From Malacoraja senta (taxonomy: Eukaryota): a stretch of DNA of 64,000 nt. Location of the stretch: the NCBI GenBank assembly GCA_038087875.1, contig CM075991.1:8310001-8374000 (forward strand), read 5' to 3'. Positions 26,130 through 38,630 of this stretch are shown piece by piece (position 1 is the stretch's first letter; every line of letters starts with the position of its first letter). Position numbers and translations under genes: made by a program. The notes beneath the pieces were generated by a model that saw nothing but the letters and a program-made list of their open reading frames with translations, had not been told where the DNA came from and made no database searches.

Positions 26130-26457
26130 AGCCCTGTCCCACGGAGCGAGTTCATTCCAAGAGCTCTCCCAAGTTTGCCCTGATTTAAACTCGGAGATTT
26201 ACGGTAATGGCCACTCGTCAGTACTCGGGGCTCTCGTGGACATTTTTCAACATGTTGAAAAATCTTCACGAGTCTTCCCGTGCTTACCTGCCGTTAGCGA
26301 GTCTTCCCGAGTACCTGCCGTTAGCGTTACGAGCCGCAAAGAGACGTTCCCGAGCTCCGACGTACCCGCTACGTTCATTCTCCGTGCTTACCACGAGTTT
26401 GATTTTTTAAAAACTCGGGAGAGCTCTTGGAATGAACTCACACCGTGGGACAGGGAT
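26130..26457. mobile_element. PIF/Harbinger-like MITE (about 320-bp subfamily)
   Basis: Long TIR GCCCTGTCCCACGG..CGAGTTCATTCCAAGAGCTCTCCC / GGGAGAGCTCTTGGAATGAACTC..CCGTGGGACAGGG after TAA; same element at 31214 and 49435. Confidence 0.8.
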
Positions 26458-27224
26458 ATCAGGGTCCAAAGGAGCCAGTGCATTCCAGACTACAGGAGTA
26501 CGTGCTGAGGGATGCAATGAAGCCGATAGCAGCTGGGGGAAAAACTGTAGGTAGACACAAGATGCTGGAGTAACTCAGCGGGTCAGGCAGCATCTTAGGA
26601 GAGAAGGAATAGGTGACGTTTCAGGTGGAGACCTTCTTCTGACTGAGTGTCAGGGGAGAGGGAAACTAGCGGTATGAAAAGGTTCAGAACAGATCAGAGC
26701 CAGCACCGATGACCAATGAGCCCACGATGGTCCATTGTTGGTGGTGGAAGAGGAGTTAAAATCTGGAGGTGTGCATTTCACATCAACAGGATGGTTCAGT
26801 TGCCTGATGACAGCTGGGAAGAAATGTCCTTAATCTGCGTTTTCACATTTCATATCAACGCCAAGGCTGTGTGGGGGAGGACTACAGTCTAGGGTCCAGC
26901 TGTGGGGCAGAGTCTGTTATGGACACCCCCCAAACAAGGGAAGGAATATCACCCCGGGGTGGGGGGGGGGGCACATGAGTGGCTAGGATGCAACGTGCTG
27001 TAGTAACTCGACGGTGTTGGGCATCATTTGTGGAGAACATGGATAGGTGACGTTTCCAATTGGGACCCTTCTTCAGACGGTTGGAAACAGTCCCGGAATG
27101 TCATCCATCCATGTTGTCCAGAGATGTTGACTGGCCTGCTGTTGCCTTCCTCCAGCAGTTTGGTTTTTGCTCAAGGCCAGGGTTCCAGCAACTGAGTTTT
27201 CTTGTGTCCACAACATAAGGGGAA

Positions 27225-27503
27225 TCTGGTGGCGCAGCGGTAGAGTTGCTGCCTCACAGCGCCAGAGACCCGGGTTCAATCCTGACTACAGGTGCTGTCT
27301 GTACGGAGTTTGTACATTCTCCCCGTGGGTTTTCTCCGAGATCTTTGGTTTCCTCCCAAACCGTACAAGTTTGTAGGTTAATTGGCTTGATAGGAATGTA
27401 AATAATTGTCTTTGTTGTAGGATAGTGTTAATATGCGGGGATCGCTGGTCAGTACGGACTCATGGGCCGAAGGGCCTGTATCGCTAAACTAAACTAAACT
27501 AAA
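27225..27503 (+). mobile_element. HE1-like V-SINE
   Basis: Consensus match; (CTAAA)n tail. Confidence 0.88.
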
Positions 27504-27619
27504 TCTGAAGAAGAGTCTCGACCCGAAACGTCACCTATTCCGCTCCATAGATGCTGCCTCACCCGCTGAGTTTTTTCCAGCATCTTTGTCTAAATGAAAC
27601 TAAAATCTCATTCCTGTAT

Positions 27620-27832
27620 GTTTAAGAAGGAACTGCAGATGCAGGAAAATCGAAGGTAGACAAAAATGCTGGAGAAACTCAGCGGGTGAGGCAGCATCTA
27701 TGGAGCGAAGGAATCTGACAGCGCAACGGTAGAGTTCAGCCTGTAGAAGGGTTTCGACCCGATACGTTGCCTATTTCCTTCGCTCCGTAGATGCTGCCTC
27801 ACCCGCTGAGTTTCACCAGCATTTTTGTCTAC
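27620..27832. mobile_element. Inverted PLE mini-element with 14-bp TSD
   Basis: TCTCATTCCTGTAT 27606-27619 / TCTCATTTCTGTAT 27833-27846. Confidence 0.8.
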
Positions 27833-27859
27833 TCTCATTTCTGTATTCCTTGCAGGAAA

Positions 27860-28026
27860 TCCCAAATGACTTGACAGTGAATGAAGTGTCGTTGTAATGT
27901 AATCACTGCAGGTAACGTACGGCACATGGCTTTCAATTTGAGTGCAGCAAGCTCTCACTGACCGCAATGTGATAATGACCTGATCATGGATTTGAGTGAT
28001 GTTAAGATGGGGGGAAATATTAGACC
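27860..28026 (-). mobile_element. Ancient Deu-domain SINE remnant (SacSINE1/AmnSINE1-like)
   Basis: GCAGCAAGCTCTCACTGACCGCAATGTGATAATGACCTGATCATGGATTTGAGTGATGTT resembles the antisense Deu-domain consensus as I recall it. Confidence 0.65.
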
Positions 28027-28267
28027 TTGAGCACTTTAGATAAAAGGCTGCAGCAAGCAGAATTAGCATTTAGTTGAGCAATATGATCCGATTAAATAGA
28101 GGGAAAGAATCACCGATCTGTTTGATGTTTGAGTGTTTGATTTTATAGAGTACACTAACACATTACGCAGAAGCCAGGCCTAACGATCTCTAGATGATAC
28201 TGCAGCTGGGAAAATGCAGTTAATTAAATAAGTCTGGAATATAACGCCAGCATTAGCAGTGGTGGAT

Positions 28268-28581
28268 AGACACAAAAAGCCGGAGTCACAGGAAGCTTCT
28301 CTGTAGAGAAGGAATGGGTGAAGTTTCGGGTCGAGACCCTTCTTCAGACTGAGAGTCAGGGGAGGGGGAGACACAGAGATATGAAAGGGTAAGGTGTGAA
28401 AACGAGACATCAAAGGGGATGGAGATCAAGGAAAATGTAGAACACGTTCATGTATGTGAAGGGTCTCGACCCGAAACGTCACCTATTCCTTCTCTCCAAA
28501 GTTGCTGCCTGTCCGGCTGAGTTGCTCCAGCTCTTTGTGTCTATCTTCGGTTTAAACCAGCATCTGCCGTTCCTTCTTACA
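28268..28581. mobile_element. Inverted PLE mini-element with 17-bp TSD
   Basis: CATTAGCAGTGGTGGAT at 28251-28267 and 28582-28598. Confidence 0.85.
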
Positions 28582-28927
28582 CATTAGCAGTGGTGGATTT
28601 GGCACCAGCGAACTGTCATAAAAATTCAATCTGGTTCGCTATTCTCCTTATTGGAGAAACAAATGTTGTCCTTCCCTGTAGCATCGCCTGCCCTCTGAAA
28701 CCGTCAGAACACATGAATGATTAAAAAGCGCTGGCAATTGCTAGCCTGGACGTTGCAGTGACATTGCCAGTGAAGGAGAAACCATTTCAATGATCAGGAT
28801 AGACACAAAATGCTGGAGTAACTCAGCGGGACAGGCAGCATCTCTGGAGAGAAGGAACGGGTGGCGTTTCGGGTCGAGACCCTTCTTCAGACCGAAATTC
28901 ACAGGAGTCATGATCAGCAGTTTGGAT

Positions 28928-29658
28928 TAGTTGTCGTTCAGAGATACAGAGCGGAAACAGGCCCTTTGGCCCACCGAGTCCGTGTGGACCAGCCATCCCC
29001 GCACACTAGTGCTATCCCACACACTAGGAGCAATTTACAATTTTTACCCAAGCCAATTAACAGACAAACCTGCACGTCTTTGGAGTGTGGGAGGAAGCCG
29101 GAGCACCCGGAGAAAAGTTCACGGGGAAAACTCACAAGCGCCGTACGGACAGCACCCGTGGTCAGGATCGAACCCGGGTCTCTGGCGCAGTAAGGCAGCA
29201 ACTCTATTGCTGCACCAATGTGCCGCCCAAAGGACTATGTGCGTTGGTTGTATATGTATTTGTGTCAATGTGCCTTGAAGCTGGCTTGCACCAGTCACAA
29301 CCTGAGGCAGAATATTAAACTTCCAGCAGCCGTGCTCGCCAGTGTTCCTTGTTTTATTTCCATACAGAGTAGAAGCATGGTGGCGCAGCGGTAGAGTTGC
29401 TGCCAGAGACCCGGGTTCAATCCTGACTACGGGTGCCGTCCGTACGGAGTGTGTCCGTCCTCCCTGTGACCGTGTGGGTTTTCTCCGGGTGCTCCGGTTT
29501 CCTCCCACACTCCAAAGACGTGCAGGTTTGCAAGTTAATATGCTTAGTATAACTGTAACCTGCCCCTGGTGTGCGCAGGATAGTGTTCGTGTGCGGGGAT
29601 CGCTGGTCGGCGCGGACACGGCGGTTCGGCGCTGCATCTTCAAGCTAAACTAAACTAA
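28928..29658. mobile_element. Two divergently oriented HE1 SINEs (minus 28928-29228, plus 29375-29658)
   Basis: Consensus matches. Confidence 0.85.
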
Positions 29659-30133
29659 AGGAGCAGTAATGAATTCTCCTGCCAGTGGCAGCCACAAACC
29701 CAGGCTCCTGCACGTCTCGTGCAGCGACTCTGCGTCTGTTCATTTCCTGACATCTTACTTTAATTATTTCAGGTCACTTTGGCCTCCCTTTCAAGATTAA
29801 TGGCACAGGAAATGAGACTCTCGGAGTTGTGGAACCAATCTTTGAGGGCTTTGCTGGTCGCAACTCTCCTAGATGTGTTCAAGGTATGTATGTGGTTACT
29901 GGGAACCGCCATGGCACTGGGAGGCAAGTTGACTGTCGTTTGGCAACCCTTCTTCCTGCTTTTGATGTCCCAACTCCTTTAAGGATACTGTCTTTAGACT
30001 TTAGAGTGCGTTTGACGGCACTGGGCCTGTACTCGCTGGAGGTAGACAAAAGTGCTGGAGAAACTCAGCGGGTGCAGCAGCATCTATGGAGCGAAGGAAA
30101 TAGGCAACGTTTCGGGCCGAAACCCTTCTTCAG

Positions 30134-30275
30134 ACATTTCCGACACTTCCCTACCATTTCTTATCCTCACTTAAACTGACTGACTTCATCCGCTTCACCA
30201 CCAACTTCCATCCGGCACTCAAATACACCTGGAACATTTCCGACACTTCCCTACCATTTCTTGACCTCACTTAAA
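30134..30275 (+). mobile_element. PLE reverse-transcriptase fragment with a 42-bp internal duplication
   Basis: LTDFIRFTTNFHPALKYTWNISDTSLPFLDL is the PLE RT C-terminal HP..K.T...LPFLD motif; ACATTTCCGACACTTCCCTACCATTTCTT..CCTCACTTAAA is repeated. Confidence 0.75.
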
Positions 30276-30289
30276 TTTTACAACCCGTT

Positions 30290-31040
30290 CTCGCTGGAGT
30301 TTAGAAGGATGTGGGGAGACCTGATTGAAACTTACCGTAGAGTGAAAGGCCAGGATAGAGTGGATGTGGAGTGTCTAGGATCAGAGGCCATAGCCACGGA
30401 ATAATAGGACGTACCCTTAGAAAGGAGATGAGGAGGAATTTCTTTAGTCAGAGGGTGGTGAATCTGTAGAATTCATTGCCACAAATGGCTGGGGAGGCAA
30501 TAGACAATAGGTGCAGGAGTAGGCCATTTCAATGTGATCATGGCTGATCATCCCCAATCAGTACCCCGATCCTGCCTTTGCCCCATATCCCCTGCATCCA
30601 CTACCTTTAAGAGCCCTATCTAGCTCTCTCTTGAAAGCCAACTCAATGGATATTTTTAAGGCAGAGATGAACAGATTCTTGATTCGTAAGAATGTCGAAG
30701 GTTAAGGGGGGAAGGCAGGAGAATGGGGTTGAGAAGGAAAGATACATCAGCTGATTGAATAGCGGAGTAGACGTGAAGGGCCAAATGACCTAATTCTGCT
30801 CCTGCAACTTATAGAAAACATAGAAAACAGGTGCTGGAGTAGGCCATTCGGCCCTTCGAGCCTGCACCGCCATTCAATATGATCATGGCTGATCATCCAA
30901 CTCAGTATCCTGTACCTGCCTTCTCTCCATACCCCCTGATCCCTTTAGCCACAAGGGCCACATCTAACTCCCTCTTAAATATAGCCAATGAACTGACCTC
31001 AACTACCTTCTGTGGCAGAGAGTTCCAGAGATTCACCACA
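30290..31040. mobile_element. Cluster of CR1 3' ends (plus copy with an antisense insert at 30500-30640; minus copy 30815-31040)
   Basis: CR1 tail motifs on both strands. Confidence 0.85.
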
Positions 31041-31213
31041 CTTATGAACATGAACTAATGGGATACAACGCAGAATAAGTCCCTTCGATCTTTCTCCGGG
31101 TTCTCTCCTGGGTCTCCGGTTTCCTCCCACACTCCAAAGACGTACAGGTTTGTAGGTTAATTGGCTTGGTGTGATTGTAAATTGTTCCCAGTGTGTGTAG
31201 GATAGTGTTGCGA

Positions 31214-31532
31214 TGCCCTGTCCCACTGTACGAGTTCATTCAAGTGCTCTCCCGAGTTAAAAAAAAAAATCAGACTCATGGTAAGCACGGAGAATGAACG
31301 TAGCGGGTACGTCGGAGCTCGGGGACGTCTCTTAGAGGCTCGTAACGCTAACAGCAGGTACTCGGGAAACGCGGTAAGCTCGGGAAGACTCGTGAAGATT
31401 TTTCAACATGTTGGAAAATGTCCACGAGAGCCCCGAGTACCGACGAGCGGCCATTACCGTAAATCTCCGAGTTCGAATCAGGGCAAACTCTGGAGAACTT
31501 TTCGAATGAACTCGTACAGTGGGACAGGGCTT
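31214..31532. mobile_element. PIF/Harbinger-like MITE inserted in an HE1 SINE (31095-31630)
   Basis: TIR GCCCTGTCCCACTGTACGAGTTCATTC / GAATGAACTCGTACAGTGGGACAGGGC, followed by TTA. Confidence 0.82.
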
Positions 31533-32041
31533 TTAGTGTGCGGGGATCGCCGGTCGGCACATAGTCGGTGGGCCGAAGGGCCTTTTTCCGCGGCGTATCT
31601 CTAAACTGAACTGAACTGAACTAAACTAAAATGCAAGGGCTGGGTGGGCGCACTGTTAGGAGTTTTGAACTGTTGCACAAAAAAAAGAATTGTGTACTTC
31701 AAACAAAATGAAGAAGAAAAACTGGAACCAAGAGAGTGCAAGCAGCATTTGAAACAGAAACAAACTGAGATTGCGGGTTCTTTAATGAATAGACTTGTCT
31801 AAAACGGTAATAAATAATCGTAGATAAATGCATCTGCAAAGACCAAAGATAAAATATTGCGCAAGGCCATTAACTAAACTGCAAGATGGTGCCAAAGAAA
31901 AGTACTCTTCAGAATGTCTGCATCTATTTGGCATTCTTCTTCTTGCAAAGGAAAGCTTCTTCATTTTTGAGCTCCTCAACCCAGATTTGTGCAAAAGCAA
32001 AACACTGAGGGTGCAGGATGTCCAAAAGAGGAGGGGAAAAT

Positions 32042-33313
32042 TACAACAACCTAGCACCTAGTCGACGGTCAAGCTACCGACAACCGGCGACCCATTGGAA
32101 TGTCCACCTACGACCACACCTACAACAACCTACGTCCACCCGCGACAAGCTACGACCCTGTCGGCGACAACGGAAGACAACTGAAGACAGATCAGTCGCC
32201 GGTTGACGTAGGTAGTCGTCAATGGAACTCACCAAAGTCAGCACCCGGCGATAAGCTACGTCATCCGGCGAATTCATAACAAGAGGATTTGAGTATAGGA
32301 GCAGGGAGGTTCTACTGCAGTTGTACAGGGTCTTGGTGAGACCACACCTGGAGTATTGCGTACAGTTTTGGTCTCCTAATCTGAGGAAAGACATTCTTGC
32401 CATAGAGGGAGTACAGAGAAGGTTCACCAGACTGATTCCTGGGATGTCAGGACTTTCATATGAAGAAAGACTGGATAGACTCGGCTTGTACTCGCTAGAA
32501 TTTAGAAGATTGAGGGGGGATCTTATAGAAACTTACAAAATTCTTAAGGGGTTGGACAGGCTAGATGCAGGAAGATTGTTCCCGATGTTGGGGAAGTCCA
32601 GGACAAGGGGTCACAGTTTAAGGATAAAGGGGAAATCCTTTAGGTCCGAGATGAGAAAAACATTTTTCACACAGAGAGTGGTGAATCTCTGGAACTCTCT
32701 GCCACAGAAGGTAGTTGAGGCCAGTTCATTGGCTATATTTAAGAGGGAGTTAGATGTGGCCCTTGTGGCTAAAGGGATCATAGAAACATAGAAACATAGA
32801 AAATAGGTGCAGGAGTAGGCCATTCGGCCCTTCGAGCCTGCACCGCCATTCAATATGATCATGGCTGATCATCCAACTCAGTATCCTGTACCTGCCTTCT
32901 CTCCATACCCCCTGATTCCTTTAGCCACAAGGGCCACATCTAACTCCCTCTTAAATATAGCCAATGAACTGGCCTCAACTACCCCCATCAGGGGGTATGG
33001 AGAGAAGGCAGGTATAGGATACTGAGTTGGATGATCAGCCATGATCATATTGAATGGTGGTGCAGACTCGAAGGGCCGAATGGCCTACTCCTGCACCTAT
33101 TTTCTATGTTTCTATGTTTCCATCCTGGCGACAACCTACGACAAACCAAATGTCGCCGACTGTCGCCGAAAAGTTTCGAACATTTCAAAATCCAGCGTCG
33201 ACCAGAAAAAAGGTACGACTCTTTGGGCGACTGAGGAGACCATACAGGCGACACCCCGGTGACCATGTGGCGACAGCCAAGTCGCCTAAAAAATTGCCTA
33301 AGTGGGACTGGGG
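32042..33313. mobile_element. GTGGGAC-TIR MITE family member (left TIR missing) interrupted by CR1
   Basis: CGAC-rich body; right end CCTAAGTGGGACTGGGC. Confidence 0.6.
32272..33120 (+). mobile_element. CR1/HER1 3' portion with an inverted CR1 tail inserted at 32778-32985
   Basis: ORF 32321-32791 LVRPHLEYCVQFWSP...; flanks CATCCGGCGA / CATCCTGGCGA resemble a TSD. Confidence 0.93.
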
Positions 33314-34579
33314 CATAAGGAAGCAACAAGCCCTGCACCACAATGGGCAGAGGCACCTGGAAACCATTGAGGTGGGACTTTTCTTTGTTTAACACTTGAA
33401 CCCTGGGAGGAGTCAACGCGCTATAAAACATTTCCTGCTCCAACTCTGAGATTATAAAACCTTTGCCATGCTGATTATAGCAGATGACTGATGGTGCTCC
33501 CATAAACTGATTTCTGTGAGGTTTCTGTGTGGAAGGAGATCTCTGGTGACTTCTTTCATCCTCCTGTCAATTACCCAAACAATAGCTTCTTTATCAGGTG
33601 ACAAGGCAACCTGCTAAAGAAAGCTTTAGCTAAACTAAAGATAGACACAAAAAGCTGGAGCAGCTCAGCGGGCGAGACAGCATCGCTGGAGAGAAGGAAT
33701 AGGTGACGTCTCGGGTCGAGACCCTTCTCAGTCTGAAGAAGGGTCTCGACCCAAAACGTCACCTATTCCTTTTCTCCAGAGATACTGTCTGACCCACTGA
33801 GTTGCTCCAGCACTTTGTGTCTATCTTCTGGAGAGAGGTACAGAGATAGGAAAGGTTTGGCGTGTCACAGAGTGCTGGACTAACCCAGCAGGTCATGCAG
33901 CAGGTACACAAAAATGCTGGAGAAACTCAGCGGGTGCAGCAGCATCTATGGAGCGAAGGAAATAGGCAACGTTTCGGGCCGAAACCGTCATGCAGCATAT
34001 CTGGAGAGCATGGATAAGTGACATTTCGGGTCAGGACCCTTCTTCGGGTCCCGACCCAAAACGTCACCTGTCATTGGAGTTACTCCAGCTTTTTGTGTCT
34101 ATCTTTGGCCAATAATCCTTGCTAACCCAACATTACAAACAGTTTTCAGGCTCCTGTACCTTCTTCCCCGGTGGCAATGGCAAAATGAGTGTGTGGCCAG
34201 GATGGTGTGGGTCTTTGATGAATTTGGCTGCCTTTTTGAGGCAGTGACGACGATAGATCCCATTTTCTCATCCACCCCCTTCACACACTGGGGGCATCCT
34301 ACAAGCCTGCATGTCTTTCGGATGTGGTAGGAAACTGGAGCACCCGGTGGAAACCCACGCGGTCACAGGGAGAACATGCAAACTCTGCACAGGCAGCACC
34401 CCTGGTCGGGATCGAACCTGGGTCTCTGATTTTGTGAGGCAGCAACTTTAACCAGTTGAGTGAATGTGCCGGCCTGTTGGCCAATTGATGGATGACCCAG
34501 AAATGGATGTCAAAGTAAATCTCTTCATTAGTTAAGAGGCGATGCTTGTTTCCATAATACCCCTTATTTTTACAACTTT

Positions 34580-34880
34580 CAATAGACAAGAGACAATAGA
34601 CAATAGGTGCAGGAGTAGGCCATTCGGCCCTTCGAGCCAGCACCGCCATTCAATGTGATCATGACAGATCATCCCCAATCAGTACCCCGTTCCTGCCTTC
34701 TCCCGATATCCCCTGACTCCGCTGTTTTTAAGAGCCCTATCTAGCTCTCTCTTGAAAGCATCCAGAGAACTTACCTCCACCGCCTCTGAGGCAGAGAATT
34801 CCACAGACTCACCACTCTCTGTGAGAAAAAGTGTTTCCTCGTCTCCGTTCTAAATGGCTTACCGCTTATTCTTAAACTTT
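34580..34880 (-). mobile_element. CR1 3' end (CTATTGT tail)
   Basis: Antisense tail and ORF2 end. Confidence 0.88.
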
Positions 34881-37427
34881 CAGGTAATAAAATGCCTAAA
34901 CTTGATTCACAAGAGTGTTATCAAACTAAATTTAGCTGTGCTCCACTTCAAGAGATGTGTGGGTAGATAATCAAAAGTATGGTCAAATAACAGCAGGGGA
35001 AAAAAGGGCAGCACGGTAGAGTTGCCGCCTGACAACGCCAGAGACCCGGGTTCGATCCTGACTACGGGTGCTGTCTGTCTGTCTGTTCTCCCTGTGACCA
35101 TGTGGGTTTCTCCAGGTGCTCTGGTTTCCCCCCACACTCCAAAGACGAGCAAAATAGAAGAAAAAAGAAAAATGACTCTGATCTTGACAAAAGTGGTTTT
35201 AGTTTAGTTTAAATATACACTTTGGTAAAAAAAGGCCCTTCGGCCCATCTAGTCCATGCCCCCCCCCCCTGACCACCCGTTCACAGTGGTCCTGTTTTAT
35301 CCCACTTTCCCTATATTATTAGCGGCAATTTACAGAGGCCAATTAACCTACAGATCCGCACGTCTTTGGGATGTGGGAGGAAACCGGAGCACCCGGAGGA
35401 GACCCGCACGGTCACGGGGAGAACGTGCAGGCTCCACACAGCCAGCACCTGAGGTCAGGATCGGAACCAGGTCTCTGGCGCTGTGAGTGTGAGGCAGAGG
35501 CTCTTGCAGTCGAGCCACTTCATTACCGTTTTATTTTGGATAGCGCGGGAGTGGAGGTAATACCGTCCATTAGATTAATACAATGATTTACATTTCTGAA
35601 AGCCGTTTGGCAAATGCAAGATGTGTTGAAGCTCTTTGCTGCCAATGGTGTAATTTTGGACGCATTTGCTTCGTAGAAAGATGCAAAGCAAGCTGTAACA
35701 CAACAGTGATCAGATAATCAGATTTGAACTATTGACCAAGAGGCTAGGAAGAAATCACTTACATATTTTCAACCAAAGAAAGTCATATCAGGAAAATAGG
35801 CCATTCGGCCCATTGAATCCATACTGACCATCAACCACCTATTCACACTAATTCTACATGAATCCCATCTTTTATTCTCTCCACATTCTTATCTACTCCC
35901 CACAGATTATACCATTCACCTACACATTTTACAGTAAGCAATTAATGACTAACCTGCATTTTTTAAGTTTTGTTTAGTTTAGCTTAGTTTCGAGATACAT
36001 CGTGGAAACAGCCCCTTTGGCCCTCCGAGTCCATGCTGACCACCCATCACCCCGTACACTAGTTGTAGGTTATCCCATTTTTGTACCCGACACACTAGGG
36101 GTAATTTACAGAAGCCAATTCACCTACAAACTCAAGAGAGAGTTAGATAGGGCTCTTAAAGATAGCGGAGTCAGGGGATATGGGGAGAAGGCAGGAACGG
36201 GGTACTGATTGGGGATGATCAGCCATGATCACATTGAATGGCGGTGCTGGCTCGAAGGGCCGAATGGCCTACACCTATTGTCTATTGTATAACTTGCATG
36301 TCGGGATGTGGGAGAAAAGCCAGAGCACCCGGAGAAAGCCAAACGTAGTCACAGGGTGAACGGACAAACTCCGTGCAGACAGCGCCCGTAGTCAGGATCG
36401 AACCTGGGTCTCAGGCAGCAACTCTACCGCTGCGCCACCGTGCCGCCCATAACTTTGGGATGTGGGAGGAAACTGGAAAAACCCCACGAGAGAGAACATG
36501 CGGACGTCACACAGACAGCAGTGGAAGTCAGGATTGAAACTGTGTCTCTGTCACTGTGAGGCAGCAGCTTCAGTAGCTGTTCCACTGTGCCGCCTAATGC
36601 ATTTGATTGCATCTTCTGTTGTGGTAACGTATTGCATCCACTCTTGAGAGTGACCAGGAGGCTCAGCAAGCAGTTGGCGTACGTAGAATATCCCTTGAGC
36701 CCTCAGGCAGGGAGCAGGAAGGTAAAGACTGTTCCCCAACCACTTAATTATAGACCAGAGATGGGGCAAAACTCTAGCAGATGGAGGTCAAGCTGCAGAA
36801 GTACAGGGTTAAAGCTAAATATCTTCTCAACGGCAGGAATTAGGTGATGTAGAGAAGCACAAACATGAAGGTATTTATGTACATAGATTACAAACAGCTG
36901 GTAGTCAGACACAATAATAACTGGATAAAGAGGAACGTTGGCCTTTATCTCACAGTGCCAGAGACACAGGTTCAACCCTGACGTCCACTGCTGCCCATTT
37001 GATGTCTGCACGCTCTCCCTATAGATCTACTCTGGGTGCTCCAGTTTCCTCACACATCCCAAAGGTATGTGCGGCAAGGTGGCGCAGCGGTAGACCTGCT
37101 TTCTCACATCGTCAGAGACCTGGGTTCGATCCTGACTACGGGCGCTGTCTGTACGGAGTTTGTACGTTCTCCCTGTGACCACGTTGGTTTTCTCCAGGTG
37201 CTCTGGTCTGCTCCCACATTGCAAAGATGTGCAGGTTTGCAGGTTAATTGGCTTCAGCAAATTGCCCCGAGTGTGTAGGATAAAACTTGTGTTCGGGGAT
37301 AGTTGGTTGCCATGCACATGGTGGGCCAAAGGGCCGGTTTCCATGCTGTATGTCCAAACTAAAGGTTTGCAGGCTAATTAGCTTCTGCGACTTGTCCCTA
37401 GTGTGTGGGGTAGAACTACTTAATGGG

Positions 37428-37554
37428 TGAAGAAGGGTTTCGGCCCGAAACGTTACCTATTTCCTTCGCTCCATAGATGCTGCTGCACCCGCTGAGTTTC
37501 TCCAGCATTTTTGTGTACCTTCGATTTTCCAGCATCTGCAGTTCCTTCTTTAAC
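37428..37554 (+). mobile_element. PLE hammerhead mini-element with 16-bp TSD inside a SINE
   Basis: ACTACTTAATGGGTGA at 37415-37430 and 37555-37570; TGAAGAAGGGTTTCGGCCCGAAACGTTA core. Confidence 0.88.
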
Positions 37555-37644
37555 ACTACTTAATGGGTGATTGCTGGTGGGTGCGGGCTCAGTCACTTCT
37601 ACACTGTATCTCTAAACTAAACGTATTATAATCTTATTATACGG

Positions 37645-38008
37645 TAAGATTGTTAAGGGTGTGGACACGCTAGAGGCAGGAAACATGTTCCCGATGTTGG
37701 GGGAGTCCAGAACCAGGGGCCTCAGTTTAAGAATAAGGAGTAAGCCATTTAGAACAGAGACGAGGAAATACATTTTGTCACAGAGAGTGGTGAGTCTGTG
37801 GATTTCTCTGCCTCAGATGGCAGTGGAGGCAGGTTCTCTGGATGCTTTCAAGAGAGAGCTAGATAGGGCTCTTAAAAATAGTGGAGTCAGGGGATATGGG
37901 GAGAAGGCAGGAACGGGGTACTGATTGGGGATGGTCAGCCATGATCACATTGAATGGCGGTGCTGGCTCGAAGGGCCGAGTGGCCTACTCCTGCACCTAT
38001 TGTCTATT
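37645..38008 (+). mobile_element. CR1 3' end
   Basis: ORF 37661-37924 carries CR1 motifs. Confidence 0.9.
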
Positions 38009-38009
38009 G

Positions 38010-38241
38010 GGACTTCCGCCATCGATCAGCGGGTCGAATTTGCCCTCCCCGAGGCCGGGGCTCTGGAACTCCAGGCCGGCCGGAGCTGGCAGATCCGTTC
38101 CCATCGCTGACTGCTGCAGCTGCCCTTGCGGCCGGTATCTCGAACCCCCCCCCCAAGTCTTTGACCTCGTGGTCCGGCAAAACGGATAATACGGCAAGAC
38201 TCTGGAACCAGGGGTACCGGAAAATCGGTGGTGGATCTGTA
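38010..38241. mobile_element. Possible Tc1/pogo-like MITE right end
   Basis: GC-rich block ending CCGGAAAATCGGTGGTGGATCTG|TA; no left TIR found. Confidence 0.3.
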
Positions 38242-38482
38242 TTGAAGAAAAAGCTTTGCAGTACACGTTGTTTTCCGTATCGCAGCAGTAAGTACAGTTC
38301 TAAAGGAATTCACAGCCTCCAAAGCTGTTTGAAACATCATGAATAATTGAAAAACTATGGAAATATCTTGAATTTATTTGTTTAAATTATTAAGACGGAT
38401 TGCATCAGGTTGACGTGTTCGCTTGAGTTTGGAAAGATGAGGGGTGATCTAAATGAACACTTACAATGAGTAAGCAATGCAA

Positions 38483-38630
38483 TGGGGAGTGACGTTTGTG
38501 ACAGAGACTGTCACTCCCGCATTGGTCTCTTCAGCCAATAGCCACGCTGCTCTAGCTGAGGTTTGGAGCAAGCAGACAACAACTAGGATGCATTACCCAT
38601 GGTCAGTCATGACCGAGTGGGGCCTACTCA
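38483..38630 (+). mobile_element. RTE-clade LINE 3' end
   Basis: CDRDCHSRIGLFS resembles the RTE C-terminal C..SRIGL.SH motif; tail GGATGCATTACCCATGGTCAGTCATGACCGAG also found antisense at 58345. Confidence 0.7.
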
